This document shows positions 55,001 to 64,000 of a DNA stretch of 64,000 bases, piece after piece. A program made the position numbers and the translations under genes. Location: the NCBI GenBank assembly GCA_027923505.1, contig BROI01000018.1, forward strand, positions 310,001-374,000. Direction: 5' to 3'. Numbering within the stretch: position 1 is the first letter of the stretch; each line of letters begins with the position of its first letter. Source of the DNA: Mayamaea pseudoterrestris (lineage: Eukaryota). A model generated the notes under the pieces. The model worked only from the letters and a program-made list of their open reading frames with translations, searched no databases and was not told the DNA's origin.

Positions 55001-58000
55001 GCCCTTTTGACAAAGTCAAAGGCTGAGATGTTCCAATTCTGAAGCCAGTCAGGTAGCGGTTGCGTGAACATAGCAAGCAGGTTCCTCCTAAGTGGTTCCA
55101 CCACATCAAAGTTTCAGATGGGATTTGTATAGTGATGCAACCTGGCCACCAAGAATCTGCACCTGCTATGCAACCGCAGAGAATGAGATTTTGACAAGGT
55201 CCAAGGCTTGAACTGAAAAACAGCAGCAAACTGGAGAGGCTGTGGGGACGAGACTGAAACAAGAGGGAGACCTACGGGCCAAACACAGCAAAGTTTCAGT
55301 GGGACTTAGATCCAACCAGCAACATGATTCTGAGCATGCCATGGCAATCAAGAAGGTTTTTAGGAGGTTGAGATGTTCCAACTTGGAAGCCAGTCAGCCA
55401 GTGGTTATGCGTGGAATAAAGAAGTAGGTTCCTCCAAGTGGTTCCACCACATCAAAGTTTCAGATAGGATTTGTAAAGTGATACAACCTGGCCACCAAGA
55501 ATCTGAACCCGCTACTGCAATCCGCAGAAGGTGCTTGACGAGGTCCGGCTTGGAACTTTGAAAACAACAGCAGCATTCTGGCAGCGGCTGTGGTGGTGAC
55601 TGAGACTGAAAACAAGTAGGGTGTCTCCATGGGCCAACACAGCAAAATCAGCTGGGATTTATGATGATCCAACCTTGCTAGCATTTGGCACGGCAACAGA
55701 AAGTGTTTGACAAAGCTCGCTGAGATGTTCCCACCGGAAGCCAGTCAGCCAGGCGATTATGCGTGAAAATAGCAAGTAGGTTCCTCCAAGTAGTTCCACC
55801 ACACAAAAAGTTCCAGATGGGATTGGTAAAGTGATGCAACCAGGCCACCAAGAATCCGAACCTGCACTGCAATCCGAGAAGGTGCTTGACAAGATCCAGG
55901 CATGAACTTTGAAAACAGCGCTCGGCAGAGGCCGTGGTGACGAAGAAACAAGTAGGGTGTCCATGTGCCAAACACAGCAAAGTTTCAGTTGAGATTTATG
56001 TGATGATCCAACCTAGCAAGCATGATTCTGAGCATGCCAAGGGCAAAGGGATAGGTTGTTTGACAAAGTCAAAGGTTGAGATGTTCCACCTGAAGCCAGT
56101 CAGCCATGGGTGAGAGTGAATATAGCAAGTAGGATTCTCCTGGGTTCCACCACATCAAAGTTTCAGATGGGATTTGTAAAGTGATGCAACCTGGCCACCA
56201 AGAATGAACCGCACTGCAATCCGCAGAAGGTGGCTTGACAAGCCAAGGCTGGAACTTTGAAACAGCAGCATCTGGCAGCGGCTTGTGAGAGAGGTTCCGG
56301 CGCAAACACAGCAAAGCAGTTGATTTATGTGATGATCCAAACCACGAGCATGCCATGGCAATCAGATAGGATGTTTGACAAAGTCAAAGGTTGAGATGTA
56401 CCAATTTGGAGCCAGTCAGCCAGTGATTATGCGTGAATATAGCAAGTGTTCCTCCAAGGGTCACCACAGCAAAGTCACTAGCAGCCCCGATTAAGAGCGA
56501 CAGCACAAAGGTGTGGAGAAGTTCCAGCTTGGAAGAGCAGGCAGTGACTTGGGACAAGCAAGAGTCTCCAAGTGGTTCCACCACACCAAAGCTCAATTTT
56601 GAATTAGTGATGCACTACCAAGACTGATAGAATCCGCAGAAGGCTTGACAAGGTCAAGGCTTGAACTTTGAATACAGCAGCACCTTCTGGCATTGGCTGT
56701 AGGTGACTGAGACTGAAACAAGCAGGGTGTTGGACAAACACAGCAAAGATTCAGCTGGGATTTAGGTGATGATCCAACTCCGCAAGCAAGACGATTCTGA
56801 GCACGCCGCGGCAACCCAGATAGGTGTTTGACAAAGTCAAAGGTTGAGATGTTCCAGTTTGCAAGCCAGTCAGGCAGTGGTTTGTACGGCAAGAGGTTTC
56901 TCCGATATTCTTTCTCCAAGGGTTCCCCACAAAGTGAGATGGGATTTAAGTGAGCCATTGAACCTGCCACAGAATAACACCGGCACACGCAAGGCCAAGG
57001 CTTGGAACCGTGAATACAGCAGCAGTTCGGTTGGCGCAATGAGTAGAAAGAGAGAGGGGGGTCCTGGCCAAACACAGACACAAAGTTTCAGTTGGGATTT
57101 ATGCATGATCCAACCTGCAAGCATGATACTGAGCATGCCATGGCAATCAGGGAAGCTACAAAGAAAGGTTGAGATGTCCTCCTGAGCCAGACAGCCAGTG
57201 TATGCGTGAATATAGCAAGAGTAGGTTCCTCCAAGTGGTTCCACCACATCAAAGTTTCAGATGGGATTTGTAAAGTGATGCAACCTGGCCAGCAAGAATC
57301 TGAACCTGCTACTGCAATCCGCAGAAGGTGTGACAAGGTCCAAGGCTTGGAACTTTGAATACAGCAGCAGTTCTGGCAGTGGCTGTGGTGGGGCGACTGA
57401 GACTGAAACAAGTGGTGTTCGATGAACAGGGTATGCGGAGAAGTGTCGCGCAAACACAGCAAAGTTTCAAGGGATAGAGCCGACACAACGAGAGGCAGGG
57501 GGGAAGAACAAGCGAAAACAGAAAGGTTGGGATTTATGTGATGATCCAACCTTGCAAGCATGATTCTGAGCATGCCATGGCAATCAGGATAGGTTGGTGG
57601 ACAAAAGTCAAAGGTTGAGATGTTCCAATTTGGGAGCCAGTCAGCCAGTGGACAAATTGCGTGAAATAGCAAGTAGGTTCCTCCAAGTAGTTCCACCACA
57701 TCAAAGTTTCAGATGGGATTTGTAAAGTGATGCAACCCGGCCAACAAGAATCTGAACCTGCTACTGCAATCCGCAGAAGGTGCTTGACAAGGTCCAAGGC
57801 TTGGAACTTTGAATACAGCAGCAGTTCTGGCAGCGGCTGTGGTGTGACTGAGACTGTTCCATGTGCCAAACAAAGCAAAATTTCAGTTGGGATTTATGTG
57901 ATGATCCAACCTTGCAAGCATGATTCTGAGCATGCCATGGCAATCAGGGTAGGTTGTTTGACAAAGTCAAGGTTGAGATGTTCCAATTTGAAGCCAGTCA

Positions 58001-58046
58001 GGCAGTGATTGTTAATATAGGAAGTAGGTTCCTCAAGTGGTTCCAC
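46059..58046 (+). repeat. 371-bp satellite array, forward orientation (~32 units), noisy between ~54,930 and 57,700
   Basis: Near-identical ORFs recur every 371 bp (e.g. 46583, 46954, 47325; 52289, 52660, 53031, 53402). Confidence 0.97.
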
Positions 58047-61000
58047 ACTGAAACTTTGCTGTGTTTGGCACACGGAATACCCTACTTGTTTCAGTCTCAG
58101 TCACACCACAGCCACTGCCAGAATTGCTGCTGTATTCAAAGTTCCAAGCCTTGGACCTTGTCAAGCACCTTCTGCGGATTGCAGTAGCAGGTTCAGATTC
58201 TTGGTGGCCAGGTTGCATCACTTTACAAATCCCATCTGAAACTTTGATGTGGTGGAACCACATGGAGGAACCTACTTGCTATATTCACACATAAGCACTG
58301 GCTGACTGGCTTCCAAATTGGAACATCTCAACCTTTGACTTTGTCAAACATCTTATTCTGATTGCCATGGCATGCTCAGAATCATGCTTGCAAGATTGGA
58401 TCATCACATAAATCCCAACTGAAACTTTGCTGTGTTTGGCCCATGGAACACCCTACTTGTTTCAGTCTCAATCACACCACAGCCACTGCCAGAATTGCTG
58501 CTGTATTCAAAGTTCCAAGCCTTGGACCTTGTCAAGCACCTTCTGCGGATTGCAGTAGCAGGTTCAGATTCTTGGTGGCCAGGTTGCATCACTATACAAA
58601 TCCCATCTGAAACTTTGATGTGGGTGGGAACCACTTGGAGGAACCTACTTGCTATATTCACACATAATCCACTGGCCTGACTGGCTTCCCAAATTGGAAC
58701 ATCTCAACCTTTGACTTTGTCAAACAACCTATCCTGATTGCCATAGCCTGCCCAGAATCATGCTTGCTAGGTTGGATCATCACATAAATCCCAACTGAAA
58801 CTTTGCTGTGTTTGGCCCATGGAACACCCTACTTGTTTCAGTCTCAGTCACACCACAGCCACTGCCAGAATTGCTGCTGTATTCAAAGTTCCAAGCCTTG
58901 GACCTTGTCAAGCACCTTCTGCGGATTGCAGTAGCAGGTTCAGATTCTTGGTGGCCAGGTTGCATCACTTTACAAATCCCATCTAAAACTTTGATGTGGT
59001 GGAACCACTTGGAGGAACCTACTTGCTATATTCACACATAATCACTGGCTGACTGGCTTCCAAATTGGTACATCTCAACCTTTGACTTTGTCAAACAACC
59101 TATCCTGATTGCCATGGCATGCTCAGAATCATGCTTGCTAGGTTGGATCATCACATAAATCCCAGCTGAAACTTTGCTGTGTTTGGCACACGGAACACCC
59201 TACTTGTTTCAGTCTCAGTCACACCACAGCCACTGCCAGAATTGCTGCTGTATTCAAAGTTCCAAGCCTTGGACCTTGTCAAGCACCTTCTGCGGATTGC
59301 AGTAGCAGGTTCAGATTCTTGTTGGCCAGGTTGCATCACTTTACAAATCCCATCTGAAACTTTGATGTGGTGGAACCACTTGGAGGAACCTACTTGCTAT
59401 ATTCACACATAATCACTGCCTGACTGGCTTCCAAATTGGAACATCTCAACCTTTGACTTTGTCAAACAACCTATCCTGATTGCCATGGCATGCTCAGAAT
59501 CATGCTTGCAAGGTTGGATCATCACATAAATCCCAACTGAAATTTTGCTTTGTTTGGCACATGGAACAGTCTCAGTCACACCACAGCCACTGCCAGAATT
59601 GCTGCTGTATTCAAAGTTCCAAGCCTTGGACCTTGTCAAACACCTTCTGCGGATTGCAGTAGCAGGTTCAGATTCTTGGTGGCCAGGTTGCATCACTTTA
59701 CAAATCCCATCTGAAACTTTGATGTGGTGGAACCACTTGGAGGAACCTACTTGCTATATTCACGCATAATCACTGGCTGACTGGCTTCCAAATTGGAACA
59801 TCTCAACCTTTGACTTTGTCAAACAACCTATCCTGATTGCCATGGCATGCTCAGAATCATGCTTGCTAGGTTGGATCATCACATAAATCCCAGCTGAAAC
59901 TTTGCTGTGTTTGGCACACGGAACACCCTACTTGTTTCAGTCTCAGTCACACCACAGCCACTGCCAGAATTGCTGCTGTATTCAAAGTTCCAAGCCTTGG
60001 ACCTCGTCAAGCACCTTCTGCGGATTGCAGTAGCAGGTTCAGATTCTTGTTGGCCAGGTTGCATCACTTTACAAATCCCATCTGAAACTTTGATGTGGTG
60101 GAACCACTTGGAGGAACCTACTTGCTATATTCACGCATAACCACTGGCTGACTGGCTTCCAAATTGAAATCCCAACTGAAACTTTGCTGTGTTTGGCCCA
60201 TGGAACACCCTACTTGTTTCAGTCTCAGTCACACCACAGCCACTGCCAGAATTGCTGCTGTATTCAAAGTTCCAAGCCTTGGACCTTGTCAAGCACCTTC
60301 TGCGGATTGCAGTAGCAGGTTCAGATTCTTGGTGGCCAGGTTGCATCACTTTACAAATCCCATCTAAAACTTTGATGTGGTGGAACCACTTGGAGGAACC
60401 TACTTGCTATATTCACACATAATCACTGGCTGACTGGCTTCCAAATTGGTACATCTCAACCTTTGACTTTGTCAAACAACCTATCCTGATTGCCATGGCA
60501 TGCTCAGAATCATGCTTGCTAGGTTGGATCATCACATAAATCCCAGCTGAAACTTTGCTGTGTTTGGCACACGGAACACCCTACTTGTTTCAGTCTCAGT
60601 CACACCACAGCCACTGCCAGAATTGCTGCTGTATTCAAAGTTCCAAGCCTTGGACCTTGTCAAGCACCTTCTGCGGATTGCAGTAGCAGGTTCAGATTCT
60701 TGTTGGCCAGGTTGCATCACTTTACAAATCCCATCTGAAACTTTGATGTGGTGGAACCACTTGGAGGAACCTACTTGCTATATTCACACATAATCACTGC
60801 CTGACTGGCTTCCAAATTGGAACATCTCAACCTTTGACTTTGTCAAACAACCTATCCTGATTGCCATGGCATGCTCAGAATCATGCTTGCAAGGTTGGAT
60901 CATCACATAAATCCCAACTGAAATTTTGCTTTGTTTGGCACATGGAACAGTCTCAGTCACACCACAGCCACTGCCAGAATTGCTGCTGTATTCAAAGTTC

Positions 61001-64000
61001 CAAGCCTTGGACCTTGTCAAACACCTTCTGCGGATTGCAGTAGCAGGTTCAGATTCTTGGTGGCCAGGTTGCATCACTTTACAAATCCCATCTGAAACTT
61101 TGATGTGGTGGAACCACTTGGAGGAACCTACTTGCTATATTCACGCATAATCACTGGCTGACTGGCTTCCAAATTGGAACATCTCAACCTTTGACTTTGT
61201 CAAACAACCTATCCTGATTGCCATGGCATGCTCAGAATCATGCTTGCTAGGTTGGATCATCACATAAATCCCAGCTGAAACTTTGCTGTGTTTGGCACAC
61301 GGAACACCCTACTTGTTTCAGTCTCAGTCACACCACAGCCACTGCCAGAATTGCTGCTGTATTCAAAGTTCCAAGCCTTGGACCTCGTCAAGCACCTTCT
61401 GCGGATTGCAGTAGCAGGTTCAGATTCTTGTTGGCCAGGTTGCATCACTTTACAAATCCCATCTGAAACTTTGATGTGGTGGAACCACTTGGAGGAACCT
61501 ACTTGCTATATTCACGCATAACCACTGGCTGACTGGCTTCCAAATTGGAACATCTCAACCTTTGACTTTGTCAAACAACCTATCCTGATTGCCATGGCAT
61601 GCTCAGAATCATGCTTGCAAGGTTGGATCATCACATAAATCCCAACTGAAATTTTGCTTTGTTTGGCACATGGAACAGTCTCAGTCACACCACAGCCGCT
61701 GCCAGAACTGCTGCTGTATTCAAAGTTCCAAGCCTTGGACCTTGTCAAGCACCTTCTGCGGATTGCAGTAGCAGGTTCAGATTCTTGTTGGCCGGGTTGC
61801 ATCACTTTACAAATCCCATCTGAAACTTTGATGTGGTGGAACTACTTGGAGGAACCTACTTGCTATATTCATGCATAACCACTGCCTGACTGGCTTCCAA
61901 ATTGGAACATTTCAACCTTTGACTTTGTCAAACAACCTATCCTGATTGCCATGGCATGCTCAGAATCATGCTTGCAAGGTTGGATCATCACATAAATCCC
62001 AACTGAAACTTTGCTGTGTTTGGCCCATGGAACACCCTACTTGTTTCAGTCTCAGTCACACCACAGCCACTGCCAGAATTGCTGCTGTATTCAAAGTTCC
62101 AAGCCTTGGACCTTGTCAAGCACCTTCTGCGGATTGCAGTAGCAGGTTCAGATTCTTGGTGGCCAGGTTGCATCACTTTACAAATCCCATCTGAAACTTT
62201 GATGTGGTGGAACCACTTGGAGGAACCTACTTGCTATATTCACACATAACCACTGCCTGACTGGCTTCCAAATTGGACCATCTCAACCTTTGACTTTGTC
62301 AAACAACCTATCCTGATTGCCATGGCATGCTCGGAATCATGCTTGCAAAGTTGGATCATAACATAAATCCCAATTGAAACTTTGCTGTGTTTGGCCCATG
62401 GAACACTTTTCTTGTTTTAGTCTCAGTCACATCACAGCAACTGCCAGAATTGCTGCTGTATTCAAAGTTCCAAGCCTTGGACCTTGTCAAGCACCTTCTG
62501 CGGATTGCAGTAGCAGGTTCAGATTCTTGGTGGCCAGGTTGCATCACTTTACAAATCCCATCTGAAACTTTGATGTGGTGGAACCACTTGGAGGAACCTA
62601 CTTGCTATATTCATGCATAACCACTGGCTGACTGGCTTCCAAATTGGAACATCTCAACCTTTGACTTTGTCAAACAACCTATCCTGATTGCCATGGCATG
62701 CTCAGAATCATGCTTGCAAGGTTGGATCATCACGTAAATCCCAATTGAAACTTTGCTGTGTTTGGCCCATGGAACACTTTTCTTGTTTTAGTCTCAGTCA
62801 CACCACAGCCGCTGCCAGAACTGCTGCTGTATTCAAAGTTCCAAGCCTTTAACCTCGTCAAGCACCTTCTGCGGATTGCAGTAGCAGGTTCAGATTCTTG
62901 GTGGCCAGGTTGCATCACTTTACAAATCCCATCTGAAACTTTGATGTGGTGGAACCACTTGGAGGAACCTACTTGCTATATTCAAGCATAACCACTGGCT
63001 GACTGGCTTCCAAATTGGAACTTCTCAACCTTTGACTTTGTCCACCAACCTATCCTGATTGCCATGGCATGCTCAGAATCATGCTTGCTAGGTTGGATCA
63101 TCACATACATCCCAACTGAAACTTTGCTGTGTTTGGCACACGGAACACCCTACTTGTTTCAGTCTCAGTCGCACCACAGCCACTGCCAGAATTGCTGCTG
63201 TATTCAAAGTTCCAAGCCTTGGACCTTGTCAAGCACCTTCTGCGGATTGCAGTAGCAGGTTCAGATTCTTGGTGGCCAGGTTGCATCACTTTACAAATCC
63301 CATCTGAAACTTTGATGTGGTGGAACCACTTGGAGGAACCTACTTGCTATATTCACGCATAATCACTGGCTGACTGGCTTCCAAATTGGAACATCTCAAC
63401 CTTTGACTTTGTCAAACAACCTATCCTGATTGCCATGGCATGCTCAGAATCATGCTTGCAAGGTTGGATCATCACATAAATCCCAACTGAAATTTTGCTT
63501 TGTTTGGCACATGGAACAGTCTCAGTCACACCACAGCCGCTGCCAGAACTGCTGCTGTATTCAAAGTTCCAAGCCTTGGACCTTGTCAAGCACCTTCTGC
63601 GGATTGCAGTAGCAGGTTCAGATTCTTGGTGGCCAGGTTGCATCACTTTACAAATCCCATCTGAAACTTTGATGTGGTGGAACCACTTGGAGGAACCTAC
63701 TTGCTATATTCACACATAACCACTGGCTGACTGGCTTCCAAATTGGAACATCTCAACCTTTGACTTTGTCAAACAACCTATCCTGATTGCCATGGCATGC
63801 TCAGAATCATGCTTGCTAGGTTGGATCATCACATAAATCCCAACTGAAACTTTGCTGTGTTTGGCCCATGGAACACCCTACTTGTTTCAGTCTCAGTCAC
63901 ACCACAGCCACTGCCAGAATTGCTGCTGTTTTCAAAGTTCCAAGCCTTGGACCTTGTCAAGCACCTTCTGCGGATTGCAGTAGCAGGTTCAGATTCTTGG
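58047..64000 (-). repeat. Same 371-bp satellite in inverted orientation (~16 units), continuing beyond the window
   Basis: Reverse-complement units (actgaaactttgctgtgtttggc...) from 58047; the same ORFs appear on the opposite strand; 371-bp and 357-bp units. Confidence 0.97.

Noticed and set aside
46059..64000. Dozens of repeated 60-100-aa ORFs (MMQPGQQ..., MPWHAQN..., MFGPWNT...) as a tandem gene family
   Set aside because: They are by-products of the 371-bp unit, which is not a multiple of 3. They occur on both strands, often start at non-ATG codons, are broken by indels and show no recognisable domain.
43590..64000. 5S rRNA, tRNA, snRNA or spliced-leader tandem arrays, or telomeric repeats
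   Set aside because: I could not recognise 5S, tRNA or snRNA motifs or short telomeric repeats in any of the three units. An Rfam/Infernal scan would be the decisive test.

Overview
Eukaryotic nuclear DNA, most likely from a diatom. The evidence is compact genes with short GT-AG introns, bipartite 'signal peptide + A|F' plastid presequences and DUF6824-type genes. Positions 1-42.3 kb are gene-dense, with about 29 protein-coding genes. They include a tight carbon-metabolism group (bacterial-type class I aldolase, serine acetyltransferase-like protein, plastid FBPase, presequence-less SBPase), plastid RPE and Der/EngA, SWEET, two Mpv17/PMP22 paralogues, proteasome alpha-1, PP1, a SLAC1/TDT-family transporter, ARM and ankyrin proteins and a His-rich protein. 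From about 43.5 kb the sequence becomes gene-free, CpG-poor tandem-repeat DNA in three successive families: a ~175-bp repeat (~7 copies), a 169-bp repeat with a 25-bp palindrome (~5 copies), and a >=18-kb array of a 371-bp satellite. The 371-bp unit is itself a dimer of 183+188-bp half-units, shows kb-scale higher-order duplications, and flips orientation at ~58,047. This looks like the edge of a heterochromatic, possibly centromeric, domain. All family assignments come from motif recognition by eye; no searches were run.
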